A stretch of DNA of 63,976 nt, filler included, from Ministeria vibrans ATCC 50519 (lineage: Eukaryota > Protista > Filasterea), in assembly GCA_943704425.1 (NCBI GenBank). It is 13 parts of 13 records of this genome, joined end to end, with 100 filler letters (N's around TTAATTAATTAA, not from the genome) between each part and the next. Parts side by side here need not be neighbours in the genome. Positions count along the whole stretch, not along the records: positions 1 to 19,845 come from CALSCP010002659.1; positions 19,946 to 30,052 come from CALSCP010002677.1; 11 more parts are not named here. One strand, given 5' to 3'. Below are positions 12,354-22,626 of this stretch, in pieces. The notes under the pieces are model-generated. The model saw nothing but the letters and a program-made list of their open reading frames with translations. It did no database searches and was not told the origin of the DNA. Position 1 is the stretch's first letter. Every line of letters starts with the position of its first letter. The translations under genes were made by a program, and so were the position numbers.

Positions 12354-13616
12354 ATGCTCCTGCTGCCCCTCAGTTGGGCCATCCGAGTTGACAATGCGCG
12401 TCTGTGGCTGCGCGCATTCGTAGCGCAACTGTGCGCGATGGTGCGCAGAAGGCTCTTCACGACGCGCATGTCGCCGCCTCGTCCTGGCGACTGCACCGTC
12501 TCCCCGCAATGGCTCTCCAAGGTTCTCGGGGTCGCCGTCACCAAGGTTGAGTTGCTGGCGCTCGACGGCAACCTGGGCCTTGCTGCTGAAATGGTACGTG
12601 TCGTGCCAACTTGTGCCGATGGGAAAGTGCGTCCGCTCATGCTCAAACGCTCGTCTGACACGCGCGCCTCACGCCTCGTCAACATCGCCGCGGGACGCTA
12701 CCGCGAGGCGTCCTTCTACCACCGCATTGCATCGATCGGCGGCATCGGCAATGCCTTTCGTCTTCCCACTGTGCATTACGCAATGCACTCTTCCTTCTTC
12801 GGCGAGTACGTTCTGCTTCTCGAGGATGTGTCGGTCGACAGCGCCGTCGCCGTCAAACGCGTGTTTGGAAACCAGTGTTGGGGCATGCCTGATTCGGATC
12901 CGGCGCGTCACGTCAACCCAATCGAGACGCTTGAGCGTCTTGCGGTTGCGACTGCCGACATGCACGCGCAGCACTGGCGCGACCCCAAGCTCTTCTCCGT
13001 TACCTGGCTGCGCCAAGTCGAATACTTCCAGGGACGCGAACGGGTAAAGTGGGAACGTGGTGTGCAGCGCGGGCGGGAGTTCTGGGCTGTTGCCAAGCGA
13101 ATTCGCACCTGCATGTCTCCGAAACTCACTCAACTGGTCGATGCCAGCCTCGAAGCGAGCACGTGGCAGGCATTCCAGGAGCACATCCACAAACCAGAGA
13201 CACCATGGACGCTGTGTCACGGGGATTTCCACGGTGGAAACCTCCTCATGACAGCCGAATCACTGTACCTCTTTGACTGGAGCGAAATCAACGTGGGCGA
13301 ACCGTACGCACTCGGACAGCTGCTCGTGTCGGACGTCCCTCCCGCCCTCTTTATTGAGCACAGCGAACGCCTCATGCGTCTGTACTGGACAACACTGTGC
13401 GACCGAGGCGTGACCGGTTGGTCGTGGCCCGCCTGCTGGGACTCGTACTGCCGACGCACCGTCGAACGCTGGCTCTACCTCTTTGCCTACATGGCGGGCG
13501 TCCCTGCCCTTCCCGATGTCTTCATCCGCTACTTTGACGCACAGCTCATTGCCTTTATTGAGTCCCACGGCGACTTTGACTGCTATCCCGTCAAGAATGT
13601 CGTCGAGTTTCCTTAG
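12354..13616 (+). CDS. APH/choline-kinase/ecdysteroid-kinase-like phosphotransferase, single exon, 420 aa
   Basis: REASFY, LLLED, Brenner motif LCHGDFHGGN and LFDW. Confidence 0.8.
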   Translation: MLLLPLSWAIRVDNARLWLRAFVAQLCAMVRRRLFTTRMSPPRPGDCTVSPQWLSKVLGVAVTKVELLALDGNLGLAAEMVRVVPTCADGKVRPLMLKRSSDTRASRLVNIAAGRYREASFYHRIASIGGIGNAFRLPTVHYAMHSSFFGEYVLLLEDVSVDSAVAVKRVFGNQCWGMPDSDPARHVNPIETLERLAVATADMHAQHWRDPKLFSVTWLRQVEYFQGRERVKWERGVQRGREFWAVAKRIRTCMSPKLTQLVDASLEASTWQAFQEHIHKPETPWTLCHGDFHGGNLLMTAESLYLFDWSEINVGEPYALGQLLVSDVPPALFIEHSERLMRLYWTTLCDRGVTGWSWPACWDSYCRRTVERWLYLFAYMAGVPALPDVFIRYFDAQLIAFIESHGDFDCYPVKNVVEFP

Positions 13617-13710
13617 TCGTATCAGTGAAGAACCTTAACTGTACAAGTCGAAGATATTTTGATAATTTTCTGTCTTATAATTATTATTGCTACAAAATCA
13701 ATTATTGCAC

Positions 13711-15126
13711 TCATATTTTACTCCTCTGACGCGACAAGACAATATGATTCACGCGAAAATGCTCGAGGGGCGTTGCATGTGCGCCCTCGCGCCCGCTCAG
13801 TACAAGATCCGCCGCGAGACGTCCAATCACTGGCGAAAGCTTAAACTACACAGTCAATAGAATATTATTATTATTAGTCGTATTCGTATTATTATAGGAA
13901 TAGTATGTATTGGCGGGTACGGCGTGTCCTGAGCCACCACCGGCCATGTGGATGCGGCGTGTGCCTGGAACGGTGTCGATGAGGAAGGCGTCCGTGTCGC
14001 CTGTCCATGTGTACAGACACGTGTCAACTATCTCCGGGGTGGACGACAGGCGAGGCATATGTCGCTCAATGTATGCCGCAACCGTTGCAACCATGCTATC
14101 GTCGACGCGGTGGTCACGCTCGTCGGCGCCATGGTCCAGCGTTGGGCCGGCGTGCAGGCACACTTTGAAGAGACGCGGGTACTCGAGCGCCGGCAGCGCA
14201 TACACATGCGGCGTGTGGTAGTCGATGAAGACGGGAAAGCCTTTGTCGACAGAGTACACTTGCGCTTCGGTTTCATCGCGCATGGGCCAGTAGCACACAT
14301 GGACCTTTTGCACTCGCAAGTCCAGCGTCACTCCACACCACCGACGCACCGCCGTGCCCAGCCACCCGCCCAGCGCAAGCACCACCTGCCCCGCACGCAC
14401 TACACGGCGCGGCTGTACACGTGCCCCAACCGTCATCCGTGACTCACTCAGGCGTTCCATTGTGACGGTGACATGCGATCCACTCGCATCCTCGGACACA
14501 TCCATCACTTTGCACTCGTCCCAGTATGTCCCACCGTGAGCGCCTGTAAATGACTCCTGAACGGCGCGCAAACACTTGTCGGCACGCAGCACCCCCGCAT
14601 CCGCCTCGTACACCGCCTCGTAGGTGTCAGGAAAGCGCAGCGAAGGAAATTTGGCGCAAAGTTCGGCATGTCGCATCCGCGGACGTCCCGACGTTTGCTC
14701 CACCACGTCAAGACTCGTCCCCTCTCCCACCATTAGCCCGCCCGTCGTCACCAAGAGCTGCGTCTGGTGATGTGCCTCGAGCCGCTGCCACTCGTCGTAT
14801 GCCTCTGGCATGAGATCAGCAAAGTGCTGCTGAGTGTACGTCCTGCGAATGATTCGACTAGAGTTTCGATTAGAGACAAACACACACACACACACACACG
14901 CACGACACACACGCACTCATACCTGGCACCATGAGAACTGCCAATGCCGTGACCCCGGCCATGCTGATCAAGCAACAGCACCCGCTGGCCCCGTCGCTGG
15001 AACTGCGCTTGGTCGACAATGTTATCGCATTGTATTGTGGGTCGTCTTTGCATCGAGCCATACCTGAAGCGCAGTCCATGATCCAATAATACCAGAGCCC
15101 ACCACGACCACATCAAAGTCACTCAT
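13711..15126 (-). CDS. PIPOX: Peroxisomal sarcosine/L-pipecolate oxidase (FAD-dependent), 4 exons
   Basis: DVVVVGSGIIG, GSSHGA|SRIIR, CLYT and GGSGHA|FKLSPVIG; C-terminus SKI is PTS1-like. Confidence 0.85.
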
Positions 15127-15236
15127 TCTTCCCAGCACTCGGATAGCAAAATATTTGAGAGTTCGAGATTGAACTCAGAAGTCAAGTTGTGTTACCACAA
15201 AATAATGATTTTTACTTTTACCTTTAATCTTTTTCA

Positions 15237-15874
15237 ATGGCGATGAACTATCTCCATAGCAAACTTCACGCGGTAGGCGAGTACGTCACGCCCGTGCTGA
15301 AGAACAGCAAGTTCCACGAGACGGGCGTGCTGACCCCCGAAGAGGCAAGCCACCGCACAATTGTCCATTTCCCCCGCTCGCCCAAGGCTTTCCCGCCCTT
15401 CTGTCGCCCAAGGCAGACACATCAGCCGCCTGCGCGACGGCCCATTCCCTTTCAGTGCTCCATCAATCCCGACAAATTCCCTTAAATGTCGTTTCTTTTT
15501 TTGGTGTCTCGATGCCGTAGCGGGGNNNNNNNNNNTTTTTTTTTTTTTTTTTTTTCGCTCTCTTCTCTTGTAGTTTATTGCGTCGGGCGACTTTCTCTGC
15601 TACAAATGCCCCACTTGGCGCTGGTACGCTGGCTCCACCCTGCATCTCGCCTGTCTCGCTTACCGTCCATTCCTTTCTTTGTCTGTCTGTCGGTCTTCCC
15701 CTCTCGCTTCCCCTTGTGTTCTAGGGAGTCGGGTGAAAGCAGCAAGAAGCGATCCTTCTTGCCTCCCGACAAACAGTATCTCGTCACGCGGAACGGTACG
15801 GAAGAGTACACTGAGAGAGAGAGAGAGAGAGGAGGGAGGAACAAAGTAAGAGAGGAGGGAGGAACAAAGTGCTG

Positions 15875-15972
<98 letters not shown>

Positions 15973-17840
15973 AATANNNNNNNNNNNNNNNNNNNNNNNN
16001 NNNNNNNNNNNNNNNNNNNNNNNNNNNNNNNNNNNNNNNNNNNNNNNNNNNNNNNNNNNNNNNNNNNNNNNNNNNNNNNNNNNNNNNNNNNNNNNNNNNN
16101 NNNNNNNNNNNNNNNNNNNNNNNNNNNNNNNNNNNNNNNNNNNNNNNNNNNNNNNNNNNNNNNNNNNNNNNNNNNNNNNNNNNNNNNNNNNNNNNNNNNN
16201 NNNNNNNNNNNNNNNNNNNNNNNNNNNNNNNNNNNNNNNNNNNNNNNNNNNNNNNNNNNNNNNNNGAGAGAAACAAAGTGATAGAGAGAGAGAAACAAAG
16301 TGATAGAGAGAGAAACAAAGTGATAGAGAGAGAAACAAAGTGATAGAGAGAGAAACAAAGTGATAGAGAGAGAAACAAAGTGATAGAGAGAGAAACAAAG
16401 TGATAGAGAGAGCGAAACAAAGTGATAGAGAGAGAAACAAAGTGATAGAGAGAGAAACAAAGTGATAGAGAGAGAAACAAAGTGATAGAGAGAGAAACAT
16501 AGTGATAGAGAGAGAAACAAAATGATAGAGAGAGAAACAAAGTGATAGAGAGAGAAGAAAGAAATCAAGTGGTAGAGAGTCAAAGTGATAGAAAGACAGT
16601 TTTAGAGAGAGAAGGGAGCGTCGTATACGACGAGGGAGAAAGGACAAAGATCCATTAAAGACGTTGTCTATCACAATGGGCGCTGTAATGGCATGGCATG
16701 GTTTGCTAACCGACTTTTTGTTCTTCTCCTCACGCAGTGCCATGTTTCAAGCGAATAAAGACGCTCGAGTACAACGAAGGCGACGAAACGACGGTCGAAG
16801 CTGATGACGACGACGAAGATGGTTGGGTTGAGACACACACGGGCGCCAGTGCGGCAGCGGATGATGGCGATATGGATGACATTGCGGCGACAATGAAGAC
16901 GACAACCCTCGCCGAGGAGTCATTGCAGTCGCTCACAACCAAGGGTGGAGTGGATGCTGCCGAAGACAGCGACAGTGACGACGACGATATTCCCGATATG
17001 GATGATTTCCAAGAGGAGAATCTTGCAGAAGAAGATCCAGTAAGGAACATAGTGCGTATGTGTGTATGTGGTGGTTTTTATTGACTTTTGTGTCACAGGC
17101 GGCTCTTGCACCCGCGGCTGCATCTGGCTCGGACAACATTCTCAAGACACGCTCGTACGATCTCTATGTGACATACGACAAGTACTACCAGACACCGCGA
17201 CTGTGGCTCACCGGTTACGACGAAGTACACAACCCATTCTGCCCAGCTATTGCATTTTGGCTCATGGCTCCTTCTTCTTGTGTCTTTGTAGAACCGAAAG
17301 CCATTGGACGTGACACTGATGTACGAGGACATTTCACAAGACCACGGTAAAGCAAAGTGAAAACACACATCACTTTCTCTCTCTATCTATCCCTTTGTTT
17401 CTCTCTCTCCATCTCACACACTCTCCTTATCGCTTTGTTTTTTTCTCGTTTCTTTCTTTCTCTATCACTTTGTTCCTTTCTCCTTCCTTTCTCTCCCTCT
17501 ATCACTTTGTTCGTTTCTCCTTCCTTTCTCTCCCTCTATCACTTTGTTTCTTTCTCTCTCACACACACATCCGGACTACCCAACTGATTCTCAATCACTG
17601 CAACTGATTCTCTACTCAGCGAAAAAGACAGTGACACTTGAGGCACACCCGCACCTGAGCCAGAACATGGCGTCCATCCACCCCTGCAAGCACTCCACCG
17701 TCATGAAGAAGCTGGTTTCAATGTTCCTTCAGGGTGGTCAGGAGCCTAAAGTCCACCTTTACATTATGATCTTCCTCAAATTTGTCCAGTCTGTCATTCC
17801 CACCATCGAGTACGATTTTACGAGGGATATTACGTTTTGA
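15237..17840 (+). CDS. ATG3: Autophagy E2-like enzyme ATG3
   Basis: [13 protein letters not shown]|[38 protein letters not shown], catalytic SIHPCKH and IPTIEYD. Confidence 0.95.
16266..16555. repeat. Intronic 20-bp minisatellite (GAGAGAGAAACAAAGTGATA)n
   Basis: About 14 near-perfect tandem units inside an ATG3 intron, next to an assembly gap. Confidence 0.95.
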
Positions 17841-18572
17841 TTCTTTTCATATTAAAAAACACACACACAAGAGCGAGAGACCTATGACAAAGAATGGAAA
17901 GAAACGATATGGGGAAATTGAATCGGTTGTCGGCGGCGGTAGGCCCAGGTGTCTGCTGTGCACTCCTGTGATGCACGGGAGGGAACTCCCTGTAAACGCC
18001 AACCAGTGATTCACCCTTCCAAACCCCTCGTTTTCCCCATCCTCCTCCTACCCATCCATTCCCCTTATCCTCAAAATCTAACACACACTCCCGACAACAA
18101 GCACAGCGGCCGTACCAGCCGCTCTGCAACCGACTCGCCCCGTCCCTGACGGCGACGATGAAACATACGTTCATCTCCCCCCGTATGAGGGGGATGAAAT
18201 CTTCATAGTGCGTGTCGTTAATCAGTCACTTGCATTAGTGCCTTGGCAAGGGTCTTGCCAACTAGTGAGTCGGGTCGGTGTCGGTACACCGCTGGGTGAG
18301 CACAGTGGAGCAAGAAGTTAATAATAGCAATGGTGGTTCAATGGTGGGTTTAAAAATGAATGTACAAAAATAAAATAACTCTTTAATTATAGTATCGTAT
18401 ATATCTTCTTAAGGCTACTTAGCCCAATAAGCCCATGGCGGAAGTAGTGTATTACTCTTCAATTTCATTGTATAATGTATTACATTTTCATCTCATTGAG
18501 TAAATTTTTACTTCATTTATACGTAGAATAAATTATTATTATTATTGCTACCCACCAAAAGGAGAAACAAAG

Positions 18573-18672
<100 letters not shown>

Positions 18673-18874
18673 GGGAGAAAGAAACAAAGTGATAGAGAGA
18701 GAGCGAGAGAGAGAGAGAGAGACAGCAAGTGATAGAGAGAGAAATAGAGAAACACAAACAAGGAGAAGAAGAAAGAGTCGAATAACTTTGAATACGATGA
18801 TAACGACGGAATAATAATTCCTGTCTAAAAAAAGAAAACGTACACTCAAAAACATATACAGTACAAACATAATA

Positions 18875-19845
18875 TTAGGGACCCGGAACAACAGCAGGCA
18901 CAACACCATTGCCAGTGCGGTAGACGAGAATGTCGCCGTCGTTCGTTGCGCCGTCCCAATCACTCCAAATGCGACACACAGAGAACGACTGTTCAATGTC
19001 CGGATCGAGTGGCTGCAGACGACGACACAGCTCAACCGCCGAGATCACCGTCTCCCCTGCTTCAAACACACTCTGATTGGGTCCCAGTGCGTCCACCAGC
19101 AGTCGTGTCAGCGTCGTTTCGTCTGCCTCCGCCCACGACGGCGCATCCTTGAGCGCACTCGTAATCATCTGCCGTCCATGGCCCACCACAGGCGCACCCT
19201 GCCGTCCCATCGTCAGCGACTCCTCGACTTCTTGTGCCCCCGAGTTGCAGAAATCACACACCACAAGCACATTGTACCCGCGCCACCCGACCTCATCCTG
19301 AAGAATAGATTGCAGTGACAAGAGAGAGAAGCGAGTGACTCGGCCTCCCATAGTCTCGCGGGCGTCACTCAGGAGCAATCCACCTAGGCTGTCCTCCGCT
19401 CCATGTCCCAACAGGTGAACCACCAGCAGTGTATCCTTGCCGGCACCCCTGCCCACATCCTGTGCAAGCGCCTGTGCTGCAACCGTGATTCTCTCCTTGG
19501 TCACCCGGTCTCCCTTGTGTCGGTCAACCACAGTGCGCACTTTGAAATTCCGGTTCGTCCACAGTTCAGTAAGCTTGTCGACACTGCTGACGACCGAGGG
19601 CAGACTGGGATATCCTCTAAACACAGGATTGACCTTCTTGCCATACCGACTCACGCCAATGATCAGTGCTGCCGCATGGGTGTACGCTGGAGGAGCACAG
19701 GCGGCTATGAATGAAAATAAGTGAACGTGTGCAGTTTCGCATTCGTACCATTTGGCTGTGCGGCCACCCACCACTCTTCCAGTCGATGGTTGCACACTCG
19801 CTCGCCAGGATGCGCTGCCATCTCCGCCCGCACACTCTCCATTCG
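18875..19845 (-). CDS. Caspase-family (peptidase C14) domain protein, 5'-truncated by the contig end
   Basis: ALIIGVSRY, VHLLGHG (His) and LVVCDFCNSG (Cys) show caspase-hemoglobinase fold dyad spacing; main exon 18875-19704. Confidence 0.7.
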
Positions 19846-19945
19846 NNNNNNNNNNNNNNNNNNNNNNNNNNNNNNNNNNNNNNNNNNNNTTAATTAATTA
19901 ANNNNNNNNNNNNNNNNNNNNNNNNNNNNNNNNNNNNNNNNNNNN
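19846..19945. other. Artificial contig linker N44-TTAATTAATTAA-N44, first of 12; others start at 30053, 32813, 39580, 41005, 42382, 46568, 51225, 55653, 59456, 61685 and 62866
   Basis: Identical 100-nt spacer with stops in all six frames; genes are cut at these points. Confidence 0.98.
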
Positions 19946-20039
19946 GGGGGGGGGGAGGGCGCATTTATTAATGATACAGTCACCACGCGAAGACACAGCC
20001 AGACCGCCTTGCAAACTCGACCAAAACTATAGAGGTAAC

Positions 20040-20155
20040 ATGGGAGAACAGTGGCAGGTCATAGTGCTGTGTCGACGCTATTCAGTGAGGCAATCGCAAG
20101 GGTACGCCATCCCCAGTAGGGTCTTAGGGCTCTGACACCATGAAGGTGTCTGTCG
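20040..20155 (+). repeat. Dispersed ~120-bp repeat, copy 1 (copy 2 is inverted at 53322-53453)
   Basis: ATGGGAGAACAGTGGCAGGTCA..CAGTGAGGCAATCGCAA..TACGCCAT..TCTTAGGGCTCTGA is shared between two contigs. Confidence 0.8.
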
Positions 20156-20398
20156 GCAAGGAGTGTAAAGTCGAAGTTGTGGTTGAAGCAATCGGATCGG
20201 TGGTCGGGGGCGGCAAGTCCAGGTGGCTGCGGGGCGCTCAGAAGAATACAATTCATTTATTAATGATACAGTCACCACGTGAAAACACAGATACTATTGT
20301 CATTAATTTTGTCAATAGTACTAGTTGAACCATTTGAGTTTTTGAAATAAACAAACAGGTACTCCGTATTTACTCCGTACAGTGACCGAAAAAAGTCA

Positions 20399-21359
20399 TC
20401 AGGCACTCAGAACGCCTTCAATTGCTTCCAACAGCGCAAGGGAGTCGCTCAACTTTGTGAGATTGGTGGGTTTTTTGAGGACGTGCTTTTTCAGCTCGCG
20501 CGAATCAATGACAAACGCGCGCGATCCTGGAGTTTTTCCTGGAGCCAACAGATCTGCAGATATTTCTCTTCTCAATTCCGCCCTGGCGTCGCAAACAACC
20601 TTTTTCGCGGAGATTCCATCATGCTGAGCGTTTGCAATGTCCAGCGAGATTCGATTGCGGACAAAGAATAGATGAGGGCGCGCGCCTCGGAACAACGTCC
20701 GGGAGTACTTCAAACGTCCGTACCTCTGAATTGTCTTTGCAATGCGCATAATATCTGTGGGCACTCTTCCAGAGCAGAAAAGAAGCAAGCAATCGTACGC
20801 AACCAGATGAAATCGTTTGCAGTACGAAGCCGTTGGAAATGTGGTTGTGCCGCATCCAGGCAGATCGACAAGATAGAGGCGTTTTCCGTTCCGCAATACT
20901 TTCCAAAGGTATTGTTTTGGAAACTCCGTCGTTTCCGTGCTTCCGATTGGAGCAAACTCTCGGTCAGTCGAATTTTTCCCGCGCATCGCATTCACTGCAT
21001 CAGACTTTCCAGCACCCGATTGACCGACAAAAGCTATATAAAAAGAATCTGCGCGCAGTTTTGCTTTGACTCTAAGCTCAGCCTTTGAAACATTAAATTA
21101 AACAAGGAAGATTTATTCAGGCATGAAATAAAAATGAAGAAGAAGAATGCAGCCCATATTAATTATTCATGAATCATGATATAGTAAAAAGGTGCAAAAT
21201 AATCACAATAAGGAGCAAAGACAGGTTGGCGGATGGCCAGAAAGAAATATTTTTTGGGTCGAATAAAAGTCGAAGAAAAGTCGAATAAATATTTTTTTTG
21301 AATGTTGTGAGCACCTTGGTCTCAAATGATCGCGATTCATGACTGTGTCCGCCCCCCAT
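20399..21359 (-). CDS. Immunity-related GTPase-like (IRG/IIGP, p47) protein 1, about 242 aa; exons 21315-21359, 20399-21082
   Basis: MGGGHS start; GQSGAGKSDAVNAMRG, APIGSTETT, VDLPGCGTTTFPTASY, YDCLL and FFVRNRISLD parallel the IIGP1 G domain. Confidence 0.8.
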
Positions 21360-21795
21360 GAATAGAAATAAGACTTGTGATGAACAGAGAAAAATAAAAT
21401 AAAATTATTTTTAGTGAAAAATAATAATAAAATAATAATAATAATAATTATTATTATTATTATTATTAATATTATTAATGATATATTTTATAACTTTCTT
21501 TTTGAAGTGTACTTTCACTTTCTCCTTACACAGTCACTCGAGTGACACGTCTCAACACAAAAGCTGGTATGTATAGCGTATAGTGGCAACAGTGCTCGTA
21601 TAGTGCTCGTAAAACAAACAAACGCAAAATACTCTCAAGGACGAAAAAAAAAACAACACGCGCGCGATAATATGACTTTCCGTCCTTCGACCGAACTTCT
21701 TTTTCGTCTGGAAGCCTATTGAGTTAATATTTCATTTCCTCACTTTTATTCTTCTTTCTTCACCTGTTGCTAAGTAACTCTACGAATTATCTACG

Positions 21796-22542
21796 ATGGG
21801 TGTTGTACTTTCTGTTGTAGCTGCTGTGGGCGCTATTGCGGCAATGTTCCAAAAACAGCAGGGACGCACTGCTTCTGCAATTATCGCCGCTCGCCCCTCC
21901 GACCGCCGCAAGCGAATGAAGGCACTTGGTCTGGATCCCAACGGGGTCTATTTTCCCTTGATTGGACAATCAGGCTCAGGGAAGTCAGACTTCGTCAACG
22001 CTGCACGCGGCCTCCGCGAGCCTGGCGACCCTGATTGGGCGAGAACTGGAAGCGTTGAGACCACGACGGAACGACACATCTATCACTGGATGACGACCGA
22101 AACTGGGATCAAAGTTTATCTTGTCGATCTTCCCGGCTGCGGCACGTCACGCTTTCCGGCTTCAAACTACGTGCAACAATTCAACCTCGAGATGTACGAT
22201 GCTCCGCTGCTTTTCTGCACTACCCGCGTCCCCGACGAAATCGTCACAGTCGCCCAGGTTCTGCACAAGACCAATACGCCAACTTTCTTTGTCCGCAACA
22301 AGATCTCTCAAGATTTGCTCAACGCGGAAGCGGACGGAATAGCTCCAGAGACGGTGATCGCAAACGCCCGAAAGGAACTTGACAAGGAACTCAAAAAACG
22401 TGTTCCTTCTGCCAAGCGCGGATACGTGATTGACTCGCGTGAAATCCGGAATATTGACTCGCACCCAGACGAGCTCAAGCTGGCGGACTCTATCCAGCTT
22501 CTCAAGGATATTGAGACGTTTTACAGGGCGCAGAAGGTGTAA
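21796..22542 (+). CDS. Immunity-related GTPase-like (IRG/IIGP, p47) protein 2, 248 aa, single exon
   Basis: MGVVLS start; GQSGSGKSDFVNAARG, ARTGSVETT, VDLPGCGTSRFPASNY, YDAPL and FFVRNKISQD. Confidence 0.85.
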   Translation: MGVVLSVVAAVGAIAAMFQKQQGRTASAIIAARPSDRRKRMKALGLDPNGVYFPLIGQSGSGKSDFVNAARGLREPGDPDWARTGSVETTTERHIYHWMTTETGIKVYLVDLPGCGTSRFPASNYVQQFNLEMYDAPLLFCTTRVPDEIVTVAQVLHKTNTPTFFVRNKISQDLLNAEADGIAPETVIANARKELDKELKKRVPSAKRGYVIDSREIRNIDSHPDELKLADSIQLLKDIETFYRAQKV

Positions 22543-22626
22543 AAAAAACTGTTCCCTTGAAAATGAATAAAAATGAGTTGAGTTTAGTTGTTCTGGTTCA
22601 TTGAAATAAGGAACGTTAAAGGAACG

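Noticed and set aside
16266-16555. CRISPR-like array
   Set aside because: Units are head-to-tail with no unique spacers, lie in a eukaryotic intron, and no cas genes are present; the same lack of spacers applies to the 9-mer array at 37107
18875-22542. Caspase gene next to the IRG pair as an immunity island
   Set aside because: They are separated by the artificial linker at 19846-19945, so the adjacency is not biological
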